This document shows, piece after piece, positions 1-10,614 of a DNA stretch of 48,735 bases. This stretch comes from Chiloscyllium plagiosum (lineage: Eukaryota), in assembly GCF_004010195.1 (NCBI RefSeq), contig NC_057719.1, forward strand, positions 90,673,756 to 90,722,490, given 5' to 3'. The notes beneath the pieces are model-generated. The model saw nothing but the letters and a program-made list of their open reading frames with translations. It was not told where the DNA came from and ran no database searches. The position numbers were made by a program, and so were the translations under genes. Every line of letters begins with the position of its first letter. The first letter of the stretch is position 1.

Positions 1-290
1 TGGGTTCGATTCCAGCCTCGGGTGACTGTGTGTGGAGTTTGTACATTCTCTCCCTGCATCTGCATGGGTTTCCACTGGGTTCTCCAGTTTCCTCCCACAG
101 TCTAAAGATGTGTAGGTCAAGTGGATTGGCCATGCTAAATTGCCCATAGTATTCAGGGATATCTAGATCAGGTGCATTACTCAGGGATGAATATAGAGTA
201 GGAGAATGGGTCTGCGAATGTTACTCTTCGGAGGGTTGGTGTGGACTTGTTGGACCAAAGGGCCCATTTCCACACTGTAGGGGTTCTATA
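1..290 (+). mobile_element. HE1-type tRNA-derived V-SINE (5' end cut by the window edge)
   Basis: B-box GGGTTCGATTCC at the start, V-domain TGTGTGGAGTTTG..TTCCTCCCACAGTC.AAAGATGTG, LINE-derived tail ending CACACTGTAGGGTTCTAT, then an A-run. Confidence 0.9.
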
Positions 291-297
291 AAAAAAA

Positions 298-426
298 AGT
301 TAGGTGCATTGGTCAGGGGAAATGTAGAGTAATAGGGTAGGGAATGGGTCTGGGTGGGTTACTCTTTGAGGATTGGTGTGGGCTTGTTGGCCAAATGACC
401 TGTTTCCATGCTGTAGAGATTCTGTG
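298..426 (+). mobile_element. Second HE1 3' tail in tandem
   Basis: GTTAGGTGCATTGGTCAGGGG...CCTGTTTCCATGCTGTAGAGATTCT repeats the 3' part of the SINE at 1-290. Confidence 0.8.
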
Positions 427-635
427 TTCTTTGATAACGTCAATCTTTGTCCTAGTTTTTCTTTATTTATGATTGATTAAATGATTAATTTTAATATTTT
501 CCTTGCTAAATACAGTAAATGAAGTCCAAGTGTCTTTTATTAGATCCAGATGTAAAGCATACATTTCCACAAACAATGCTAATGTGCTAAATGGATCAAA
601 AGCTACTATTGTATTTTGTTTGTTTCACATGAAAG

Positions 636-674
636 GAACATAACCAGAAGAGAAGCAAATTTAGTAGTGCTCAA
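636..674 (+). CDS. Candidate 39-nt internal exon of an unidentified gene (phase 0: EHNQKRSKFSSAQ; phase 2: NITRREANLVVL)
   Basis: Non-repeat DNA; T-rich tract + AAG acceptor (634-635); donor CAA|GTAAGA at 675; length divisible by 3. Confidence 0.35.
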
Positions 675-740
675 GTAAGAGTTTTTAATAAAAGTTTGCA
701 ACAATGAGCATTTCTTTCCAACACTTCAATCTAACCCCAA

Positions 741-808
741 GCACACGCGCGCACGCACACACACAGACGCACACACTTTCTCTCTCTCTCTCTGTCTCTC
801 CCTCTCTC
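741..808. repeat. Compound (CA/CG)n-(CT)n microsatellite
   Basis: gcacacgcgcgcacgcacacacacagacgcacacac followed by tctctctctctctgtctctc. Confidence 0.9.
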
Positions 809-1132
809 ATGCATGCTTAGAGGGCTTGGATAGTTCATGTATATGAATCATTTCACCCTCAGTGTCAATATAAAATGCTATTCCTGTTTTGAGCAAAAGG
901 AAAGCCAATTTTGAAATATGTTGAGAGTATCTGAAAAAAATTAGAATCTTCTCCAGTCTAAAAAAGGCAAATTTCCAATTTTTATGTAGTTGTTCACTGC
1001 AATTAAGTAATGAGAATTATACATTTGAATTGCATAGTCTGTGATTTTTGATGCAAAAGGTGCATGAAAGTGTGGAGGCCATATGGCTCAGAAACAATGG
1101 TTTAATCTTTGTTTGCTCCCCACCTCTTACAG

Positions 1133-1249
1133 CTGAATATTCTCCAGTCCCCACAGGCTCCACTGGAAGAAGAAACCCAGATTCAATTAATACACAAAAC
1201 AGACTTTCTTCTACAGTCTGAGACATTTAAAACTGAACCAGAATGTTAA
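1133..1249 (+). CDS. Candidate terminal exon (phase 0: LNILQSPQAPLEEETQIQLIHKTDFLLQSETFKTEPEC*)
   Basis: Acceptor tttaatctttgtttgctccccacctcttacAG (AG 1131-1132); open to TAA 1247-1249, in phase with 636-674; AATAAA at 1283-1288. An alternative frame stops at TGA 1219-1221 (..RLSSTV*). Confidence 0.35.
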   Translation: MNILQSPQAPLEEETQIQLIHKTDFLLQSETFKTEPEC

Positions 1250-1814
1250 AGAATTAATGCAGTCTTGCAAATACTTTGGAGAAATAAAGCCAGAGTCACA
1301 TTCCACACCCACATCTACTGGGCACTTTTCTTTGTAGTCAAAGAATATTTTTTTCTTGACAAGTAGGCTGTTTTTCTTAATATTTTATGCATATGGTGTA
1401 GTTTTATGTTTGGACATATACTTCACTAAGAAAGAATGGAAGCAAAATGAGGGAGAAAGGAACACAGATTTACCAGTGAGTTAGATGAAAAAAAACAGAA
1501 CTACTAACACAGGCCAGGTAGACCAAATAGTCTATCTATGCAGCAATTGCATTTCCTACAGTTAGTAACCTAGGTGTAGATCAACACTCGATTACAATTC
1601 TACCAATCAGATGCCCAGAACCAGTTGTCTGAAAGTGCCATTTGCTGCTGCTGCTGCAATTGCAGGAAGTGTACTTTCTATCAATTTAGTGGCATTGTCT
1701 GTGATATCATTACCAACAATACAAGTGAGAGACAAGTACTTTTGATCTCCCCACTTTTACAGCTATTTCATTCCTGCATCAGCATCTCTGCGGCTATTTC
1801 TACCCCAACCTAGC

Positions 1815-2242
1815 AGTCACAGAGTTGTACATCATGGAAACAGACCCTTCCATGCTGATCAGATATCCTGAAATGATCTAGTCCCATTTGTCGACCTTTG
1901 GTCTATATCCCCCTAAACACTTCATATTGATATCCCCATTCGGGTGCCTTTTAAATGTTGCAATTGTACCTGCCTCCACCTCTTCGTATGGCAGCTAGTT
2001 CCATATAAGCACCGCTCTTTGAGCGAAAGAGTTGCCCCTCAGATCCCTTTTAAACCTTTCCTCTCTCACCTTAAACTTATGCTCTCTGCTTTTGAATTCC
2101 CACATGCTGGGAAAAACACCTTGGGTGTTCATCGTATCTATGCCTCTCATTGTTTTATAAATCTCTATAAAGTCACCCCACAGCCTCCAAAACACTTCAG
2201 GAGAAAATAGCCCGAGCTTACTCTGCCTCTCCCCATAGCTCA
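1815..2242 (-). mobile_element. CR1/HER1-like LINE 3' end
   Basis: ORF 1995-2243(-) LGLFSPE..RLWGDFIEIYKTMRGID..FKRDLRGNSF is a CR1 ORF2 C-terminus, followed by the typical 3' UTR. Confidence 0.9.
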
Positions 2243-2431
2243 CTTTGTTACTCCCCTAAACATACACTGCCTCAGCTCCCTTAACTTAATTATGAGCCTC
2301 AGCAGCGAATGTATGAGAGCACAAATCAACCTGTTATTGGAGGCTGCTTCTCATAGATTCTATCTGTTCTCCCCATGGGGATGACTTTTCTGTGGTTGAA
2401 GTTTCCACTACTGTGTTTAGTATTGGTTAGG

Positions 2432-2552
2432 ACTTTTTAAACTCTGCTTTGAAATGGTATATCAAATCACTCAGTTTAAAGGCAATTAGAAGTGGGCAAC
2501 AAATATTGACAATGCCTGCGATGTCCATATCCCATGAATGAATAAAAAGAAT
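2432..2552 (+). mobile_element. 3' tail of a shark SINE/CR1-clade LINE
   Basis: CACTCAGTTTAAAGGCAATTAG..CCATATCCCATGAATGAATAAAAA, similar to the tail at 5510-5577. Confidence 0.65.
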
Positions 2553-2649
2553 AAATGTTTATTTAAAAATAAATCCTTGTGTATGGTTTATTTATCTGTT
2601 GCGCTATATTGCTTGATGCCTCTGCTTGTATTTCAAGGTTCCCTTTTTC

Positions 2650-2870
2650 CTCAGCTCCACCTACACTTCCAAGCACTAAGTGATCTCTGTATTCAACCAA
2701 AAATGTATGACTCGCAAATTTAATCTGTGTACAATTTCATTTGTTGATTATTTGCTTCTTGTACAAGTTTATCGATGTCCTGTGATTTGGTGCAGTCCTT
2801 CACGGTTATTACTATTGCTGCCAATTTAGTATCTTCATCTGCAAATTTTGTCTTTGACTCCAAAGATAAT
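2650..2870 (-). mobile_element. Degenerate CR1 RT fragment
   Basis: Minus strand reads KFADEDTKLA near 2820-2847 (FADD motif remnant). Confidence 0.5.
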
Positions 2871-2890
2871 TGTATTTAGAAGCTGAATTT

Positions 2891-3018
2891 AAACCTGCAG
2901 ATGCTGGAATATGTAATCTGATCAAGAATCATACAGATTCAAAACATGAGCTTGCTCTCTATCAATAAATGGTGCCTGACCTATTGTGATCTCCAATATT
3001 TGTTGTTTTCAGTTCAAA
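2891..3018. mobile_element. Degenerate PLE pseudo-LTR fold-back remnant
   Basis: CTGCAGATGCTGGA head followed by the opposite-orientation GTGCCTGACCT..TGTGATCTCCA tail shared with other PLE pieces. Confidence 0.5.
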
Positions 3019-3840
3019 CCTGTTGAGCTGAGTTCTAAAGCATTTACATCCTCTCTCCTTCAATCACTAACTCCTTTAATGGATTCCATTATCCCCACAA
3101 CTCTCCATGTTATTAACCTTTTACGCAGTCGTTGTCTTAAGTCCCTGCATTTAATCTTGTGTGTATCAAGCCTGTTGAAAATGGGCATCAATCATTTTAT
3201 AAATGCTGACCATTTAAATTAAAACCGGAATATATTATCTGAGATAGAACAGCTAAATGTTTTGAAAAGGCCTTTTTGTTACATTGGTAAAGGGCAGTGC
3301 TCAGAATGTGAACCAATTTTATCCCTTTCAGATTCTGAACTACCCTGTAAATGCTTCTATCAGTTTTCTTTTTTTCTGTATTGCCACATGACATGCTTAA
3401 ATATTTCTTAGATAACAAAATTTCACCCTGCTGGAAGCATTTTAAACTTAAAACCTTAAAATGAAATCAGCCTAGGTAAAGCAGAAGAGATTCCCCCAAA
3501 ATATTGTCCTCTCTTCTCGTAAAAGTACATGCAACAATCATCCAAGATGTTGAATATGTACCTCGTTCCCATCTATCAGTTGAAAAAGGGCAGAAGCAAT
3601 CTGATGTTTTCCTTCCTATTAGGAATTATTTAGCCTTGGAATTGCACATTGCTGAAAGTCATTGCTGTGGGCCCACCACTCCTTTCATGAAAGGTGCCAT
3701 GTCCTGTTCATCATTTTTCTTAGCTTTCAAACTCTGAGTTATTAAACCAATCACAGCATTAATGATTGAATCATCTTCAACATAACTAATTTTCAAGGTC
3801 AGGTGATTTCTGTTAGAAAAGTAAACACATTAGACTTCTT

Positions 3841-4158
3841 TTTGGATTAGTGGTGCTGGAAGAGCACAGCAGTTCAGGCAGCATCCAAGGAGCAGCGAAA
3901 TCGATGTTTCAGGCAAAAGCCCTTCATCAGGAATAAAGGCAGAGAGCCAGAAGGGTGGAGAGATGAGCTAGAGGAGGGTGGGGTTGGGGAGAAAGTAGCA
4001 TAGAGTACAATGGGTGAGTGGGGGAGGGGATGAAGGTGATAGGTCAGGGAGGAGAGGGTGGAGTGGATAGGTGGAAAAAGAGATAGGTAGGACAGGTCCG
4101 GACAAGGGGACAGTGCTGAGCTGGAAGTTTGGAGCTGGGGTGAGGTGGTGAAAGGGGA
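3841..4158 (-). mobile_element. Penelope-like element 3' end/pLTR (family A) with hammerhead motif
   Basis: Reverse complement of the 3' part of the PLE at 17.3-17.6 kb; HHR motif at about 3902-3930(-); perfect 9-bp TSD AGACTTCTT at 3832-3840 and 4159-4167. Confidence 0.85.
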
Positions 4159-4179
4159 AGACTTCTTGTTTATTTCCAG

Positions 4180-4247
4180 CCCCTACTTTGTAGGATCACT
4201 GGTACTCCGTGGAACAATTTCCGCTAATGGCCTGTATGGCGACACAG
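4180..4247 (+). CDS. Candidate short exon (phase 2: PYFVGSLVLRGTISANGLYGDT; alternative acceptor at 4194)
   Basis: cttcttgtttatttccAG acceptor; CpG-retaining non-repeat sequence; weak donor CAG|GTTTTG. Confidence 0.25.
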
Positions 4248-4383
4248 GTTTTGCTATGCTTAAGAGCTAAGTTCTAAAGAATGATTCCTCTCAATGGACT
4301 GCGTGAAGCCAGGAATTGTTGATATTATTGATTTTGTTTAACATTTTTCACCAGCTAAGTTTTTCTTTTTTTACTCTGCACAG

Positions 4384-4418
4384 ATCATGTACAAATGCTA
4401 CTTACATCTACAGTATAA
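4384..4418 (+). CDS. Candidate short exon (phase 1: DHVQMLLTSTV*)
   Basis: Strong acceptor ctaagttttcttttttactctgcacAG; donor TAA|GTAAGG at 4419; frame-compatible with 4180-4247. Confidence 0.3.
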
Positions 4419-4596
4419 GTAAGGGAACTGATTAGATTGCTTTCGTTCTTTCAGAGCACTCAACTGTGTCAGAAATATTCCCATCAATTCAAACTCTTCA
4501 TGTTATCCTCTATAAATTTAAGCATCCTTGAATTTAAGAAGATAAGAACTGGGATAAAGCTGTCAAAAATCTGCTCAGCCATTCACAGCAATTTAA

Positions 4597-5577
4597 TATG
4601 GGCAGTATCCAGGTTTGGGCTGGCAAGTGGCAAGTAACACTTGAGCTATGTAAATGCCATCTCCGACGATACACAACCTAACCATCATACCTTGTCATTC
4701 GATGGCATTATCATCGTGGAATCCCCCACTATTAATATCCTGGGGCTTATTGTTGACCATAAACAGAACTGAACTCTCCCTATAAATACATTGACAACAA
4801 GAGCAGGTCAGAGGCTAGGAAAACAGCAGCATGTAACTCACTTCCTGACTCCCCAGCATCTGTCCATCAACTGCAAGGCATAAATTAGGAATATGATAGA
4901 ATGCTCCCCACTTGCTTAGGCGGACGCAGCTCCAGCAGCACTCAAGAAGCATGACATCATCCAGGACAAGGTAGCCCATTCCATTGCTATCGCATCCACA
5001 AGCATCTACTCCGTGCACCACTCGCCTCAGCAGCAGCAGGATGTACAATCTACCAAGATGCACTGCAGAAATTCACCAAAGGTCCTTAGACAGCAACTTC
5101 CGAATACTTCCTACTCGCCTGGATGAGTGCCGTTTCAATAAGCTCAACATGCTTAATACCTTCCAGAACAAGCATCCTGTTTGATTAACACCACATGGAC
5201 AAAGCACCACTCCCTCCACACTGAAGCTCAGTAGAAGCAATGTGTACAATTTACAAGATATACTTCATAAATTCAGCAAGGCTCTTTATACAGCACCGTT
5301 GGAGCCCAGAATTATTTCCATCTAAAGGACAAGCACAGCAGATAGGAACACTGCCACTTACAAGTTCCTCTCCAAACCACTCACCATCTTGAATTGGAAA
5401 TACATTGCTGTTCCTTCACTGTCACTGGGTCAAAATCCTGGAATTCCCTCCATCATGGCATTGAGAGTGTAGAGCAATGGTTCAATAAGACAGCTCACCA
5501 ATACTTTCTCAAGGGCAACCAGGGTTGGGCAATCCCAGCCAGCGATGCCCACATCCCATATGTAAATTTTAAAAAAA
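4597..5577 (+). mobile_element. CR1/L2-clade LINE 3' region (two overlapping copies or an internal duplication)
   Basis: RT C-terminal motifs (WAGKWQVT, NILGLIVD, KSWNSL) and CCCACATCCCATATG..AAAA tail; about 4900-5100 is repeated at about 5110-5300. Confidence 0.8.
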
Positions 5578-5818
5578 GCCCTGTTCAACTTTGCTTCACA
5601 GGCAAACCTATTACCTTGGCATTGAGTTGTGAGCAGTCTCTGACCTGCTTTTAACAATTGTATCCTTTCTAAAATAAGGGGAACACAATTATGTAAAGCA
5701 TTCCCTACTCTGCCCTGTCATTGCCCAGATACTTAACTAGTCTTTTTCTCTCCACAGTCTCTTAATTTTCTCTTCACAACTCACTCTCTCACAATTACCT
5801 TTTGTTATTCCCTTTCTT

Positions 5819-5960
5819 TGTATTGTCAGCAAACATAGGTACTTGCTCTTCGTCTTCATTCAGGTCATTAGCATGTACTGTAAATGGCGGAAGCTCCAGC
5901 ATGGATTTTCTGCTACTCTCTGCATCATGGCCCGCCAGCTTCTCCATTAACCAAGCCTCT
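5819..5960 (-). mobile_element. Degenerate LINE RT fragment flanked by a 29-bp direct repeat
   Basis: ORF 5795-6007(-) HANDL..VPMFADNTK; flanking repeats at 5790-5818 and 6007-6035 (28/29 identical). Confidence 0.6.
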
Positions 5961-7663
5961 ATCCCTTTGGTGAGAATGGTCACATTTAATGGCTTTGTAT
6001 GTAACACACAATTGCCTTTTGTTATTCCCTTTCTTGTCCTCCAGTTTTATAAGTCTTTCTGGTTCTTAAGTATCTTGTGTAAATCAAACACCAGAAGTGT
6101 GAAAAATATCCCAGCTTTAACTCCCAAGATAAACTGTTGAGCTTTAATTGTTGATTGTGGGTAGGGTCATCCATTTCCCATGACAAGTTTGTGTTTTTTA
6201 CAAATTAAAAAAGTTATGACCATGAATAGAGTTTCTTATCCGTGTAAATAGGAATGTTGATTATAGTCTGCAATCTTTACATGGGTTTCAGAATGAGAGC
6301 ACTGACAAGCTCCACCCTTGCCACCCGATTATACTGAAGAATGTCACCATTTCGCTCCCAGTCTGCAGGCTGGGGTATCGTACATAATTACCCAAAACCA
6401 TACAATTACTGATCTGGAACCTATCAATCTGTGCCAGGATAGCACAGTTAATGAGGGATTTCTGTACAATTAAACTTTGTTTTAGTCTGATGTCACATGG
6501 AGAATGTTGAGATCCGTGCAAGTGATTTGAACTTTGTTTCATAATATTCTGAGATTGCTTTTTGAGGATCAAAATATCTTGAACCAGAATACAGGAGAAA
6601 ATTGCACTTGATTTTTCTACTAGAGCCCTCCCATTTCAAGACTAATGTATTTTCAAATATTTTAGTAAAGGGATTTAATGAAAGAAATCTTGCTAACAGC
6701 TGTGGCATGACAAAGATACATTAATTATCAGTCAATATTCAACTTTGAGAGCTACACATCAGCTCAATGCTATTTTGTTTTTGGAACTTAGTTCCAGGAT
6801 CTAGATGAAACTTCATATGCTTATTAAATGTAACAAATTTGGATCTCTTGCTGTAATACCATTAACATATTTAAAAGAGATAAACAAGGCAAATATAAAA
6901 TTGTACTTTCTAATATTTTAGATTTGCAAATATGTTTAAACAAGAAAAAGGGTTCAGAGCCTGATCCTATCTATATCTTAAGTACGCAGTCTGAAGAGGT
7001 GGATTGTGTTATGCATCTGCATGCACATGATTAAAGTACATAGATAAGCAAGCAATCCTTTCATCTGATCCTAGCTCCTCTTTTCAAGAAAAGTCAGTCT
7101 TGTCATGGCATCTAGCTGGCTCTTGAAAGAAGTTTATTGCTTGCATTGCTATTGCTGAAAGTCTATTCCTGGTCCTGAGTATTGTGGTGTAAAATAATAC
7201 TCCCTAGTATTGGGCTGAAATGCATGTTTGAACCAGCCTTGCCTGATGTCATGAACTGCCTTAAAGTAGTACTCTGAATCTTTTTAATGAGCAATCTAAG
7301 TCTGAAAGTCTTGAATCACTTTTTGTAACAGGGATTCATCATCCATAATGAGATTCCCATTGAATTTGTTTGAAGGTTCCAAACATTGTATAGAGGTAAA
7401 GTAAAATGGGTACCAAACCAAAGAAGGAAACTGACAGCCATTTTCTTGTATTACAGCAAGTATTACAATTGACTAGCAGTGTAAATGTAGGACTTCACTC
7501 CTTCTATCAAAGATCTAATTCACTTCTGTAAGTTGCAGCATGCTAGTACTTAGTTATCTGTTGCGCTCCTAGTTCATGCTCTGGTGGAGCGAGACTTCAT
7601 CTTAATTGTCTGCTGGTACGTGAAACTCCCTGCATTCTCTTTAAGATGGATATGATGTTTAAA

Positions 7664-8496
7664 GTAGACAAGCAGGAGGCTGGAAGAACTCAGCAAGCCA
7701 GGCAGCATCAGGAGGTGGAGAAGTTGATGTTTCAGGTGTAGCCCTCCTTCAGGGCTGAGGGTGGGTGTAAGGGAAGCTGCAGATAAAGGGGGTGGCGGGA
7801 GCATGGTGGTGAAGTGAAGATCGGTGAAGGCAGGCAGAGGATATGACCTAGTAGATCAATGGGAGGAATGAATCCAGATAGTGACTGGGAGGAGTTGGGA
7901 AAGGAGTCAGGTGAAGGGAGGTTATTTGAAATTGGAGAACTCAATGTTGAGTCCTCTGGGCTGTTGGCTGCCCAGGTGGGAGATGAGGTGTTTTTCCTCC
8001 AATTTGTGGTTGCCACAAAGAACTAAACCACGAATTGGAGGAACAGCAATTCATCTTCACCATCCTTGGCCTCCTTCATTGCCAACCTCAAGTTGGAGGA
8101 ACAACATCTCATCTTCCGCTTAGGCAGCCTATAGCCTGGTGGACCAACATTTTAGTTCTCTAATTTGAAATAACCTCCCTTTCCTTCCCCTGACTCCCTT
8201 CTCAGCCCCTCCTCCTCCCCATCCCTTCCACTCCTCCCTGCCACCTACCAGATTCATTCCTCCCATTGACCAAATAGGGCATACCCTCTACCTGTCTTCA
8301 CCTTTCTTCACTTCACCATCCTGCCCTGCCACCCCTTTATCTGCAGCTCCCGCTACACCCACACCCAGTCCTGAAGAAGAGATACACCCGAAGTGTCAGC
8401 TTCTCCACCACCTGAGGCTGCCTGGCTTGCTGTGTTCTTCCAGCCTCCTGCTTGTCTACCTTGGATTCCAGCATCTGCAGTTTCTTTGTTTCTAAC
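7664..8496. mobile_element. Inverted pair of PLE 3' ends (family B)
   Basis: About 7664-8015 is the reverse complement of about 8080-8459; the plus arm encodes the GIY-YIG C-terminal KLEEQHLIFRLGSL; HHR-like CTGAAGA..CACCCGAAGTGTC at 8371-8397. Confidence 0.85.
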
Positions 8497-9855
8497 CACG
8501 ATCTAATTTACCAACAAACCATTTCGGGGAGCTGAACGGCTTTCTTCTGTTTTTTTTAATTCATCCTAATTTATTGATGGGGTTCTGAAACATGAATTAA
8601 TAAAAGTAATCTCTGCAAACTATTGAGTTTCCATTTTTAGCACAATGTGCCACATGGGTTGGTGTCAAAGCAGAGCTTAGCTGATTGCTTGTGATTAATT
8701 AATATATTGATTTTGGAATGCTGTAATTGATGGTTTGTCTCAACTGCTTTTTGTAGCTTGAAAGGATAACAAAATGGAAAGACACTGGATTTTTAAAAAA
8801 ACTAAGTTATTTTGATTTTTGTATCGAAGAAGCAGAACAATGTCATATTTTGATATCTGAATCCAAAAGCTGATGACACTTCATGAAAGAATGACTGAAT
8901 GACACACTTAAATTTATTTATGAATGCTTGGTACGAACTAAATGCACAGGAGTATGTCGTAGTTATAAACGACAGTAATCATTACTGCTTGTGCAGGAGG
9001 GCCATTTGACTTTCTTGGTGCATTATCTCTATTTGCAATTAATTTCTTTATTTAATACATTGGAGTTAATAGATTGATGCCTTTTAATACAATAAACTCC
9101 ATGATACTTCCACTGTATTCAAATCTATTTGCTGCCAAATATATCTTGCTGTGGAATTCCGATAGATCAGCAACTTCCCGGAGAGGTATTTGTTTAGTCT
9201 AGAGCATGCCACTGGAGTGCAGGGTACTGGGAAAGCACCGTTTGTTCAAGAGTTGAGATTAAAAACTCAGTGTCAGTCTCCTTGGTTATAAGTGTGTAAG
9301 ATTCCCATTATATAAATAAACAGCGAGAGTGCCAGAAAAGCAATGGACTAGAGCTGGTGCTGCATAGGTGATAGTGTGCATTTAGTTTCTGTGATTCCCA
9401 GAGTGATAGGTTTCATCTAATATATTTGGGACAATTCTTTTTTGGAAGTAATTCTGGTTGTTTAAGATCTAGTGTTGTGTATTGAGACAAGGTTAATTTT
9501 CAGCCCCGTGGGAAAGGATTATATCTCATTTTTGTCATGAGATTTCAGAGCTCTGAAATGCAGAAGGATCTGGGTGTCTTTGTGCATGAATTGCAAAACA
9601 TCAGTATGCAGGTACAGCAAGTGATTAGGAAAGCTAATCTCCTGTTACAAGTTGTGGCAAAGGTTATGCTTCCGTTAGACAAGGAAGTTGTGAGGCTGCA
9701 TCTGAGTACTATGCACAGAATTATTCACTTTATTTAAGGAAGCATGGCAATGTCTTGAAGGCAGTTCAGAAGTTTCATCAGACTGATACCTGGAAAAGGC
9801 GATTTGTCTTGAGGAAAGCTTGGACACACTCAGCTTGTACCTCTTGGAGTTTAAG

Positions 9856-9980
9856 GGAAAGTGAGGACTGCAGATGCTGGAGACCAGAGTTGAAAAATGT
9901 GGTGCTGGAAAAACACAGCAGGCCAGGCAGCATCCGAGGAGCAGGAGAATTGACATTTCGGGCAAAAGCCCTTCTTCAGG
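9856..9980 (-). mobile_element. Short PLE pLTR insertion (family A) with hammerhead core
   Basis: AAAGTGAGGACTGCAGATGCTGG..TTTCGGGCAAAAGCCCTTCTTCAGG; GGAGTTTA duplicated at 9846-9853 and 9979-9986. Confidence 0.85.
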
Positions 9981-10107
9981 AGTTTAGAATAGTAAGTGGT
10001 AACAGATTAAAAATATCAAAGTTGAGTGGTCTTGACAGGGTAGATATGAAAAGGATGTTTCCTTTATGGAGGAGCCTAAAGCTCGGAGGACTGTGTTTTA
10101 CAAATTA

Positions 10108-10401
10108 AGTAATGTGGCTCAGTGGTTAGCACTGCTGCCTCACAGTGCAAGGGATCCAAGTTTGATTCCAGTTCGGGTAACTGTCTGTGTGGAGTTTCCG
10201 CTTTCTACCTATGTCTGTGTGGGTTTCCTCTGGGTGCTACAGTTTTCTCCCACAGTCCAAAGATATGCATAGGTGGATTGGCTGTAGGTGGGTTACGGGG
10301 CTAGGGTGGGGATCTGGTCTGGATGGGATGCTGTTTGGTGGTTGGTGCAGACTCAATGGGAGAAATGGCCTCTTTCCGTACTGTAGGAATTCTACGATTC
10401 T
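10108..10401 (+). mobile_element. HE1-type SINE
   Basis: A-box GTGGCTCAGTGGTTAGC, V-domain, tail CTGTAGGAATTCTACGATTC. Confidence 0.9.
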
Positions 10402-10614
10402 GGATGAGGCAAATTCTTTTTCTGAGGTTGAGAGTCTTTGGACTTCTTTCCTGGTAAGGCAATGAAGCTGAGTCCTTGAATATTTTTATATTAGCGATAA
10501 ATAGATTCTTGTTGAGCAAAAGAATGAAAGAAGAGCTTTGAGGTACTGAATGGCTTAGTTTTCCTGTATCTGATCCAAATGTTCCGATGAATTTGAAAGT
10601 AATATGAGTAGGTT

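Larger units (their letters stand above)
9540..10575 (+). mobile_element. CR1 LINE 3' part, interrupted by PLE and HE1 insertions
   Basis: QKDLGVFVHE..MQVQQVIRKAN; GLDRVDMKRMFP; CR1 3' UTR resumes after 10401. Confidence 0.85.

Noticed and set aside
1017..1226. 69-aa minus-strand ORF in unique DNA
   Set aside because: No homology recognised; splice signals favour the plus strand
6292..6387. Possible further terminal exon (NESTDKLHPCHPIILKNVTISLPVCRLGYRT*, or MRALTSSTLATRLY* in another frame)
   Set aside because: Weak pyrimidine tract and no recognisable homology; too speculative to annotate
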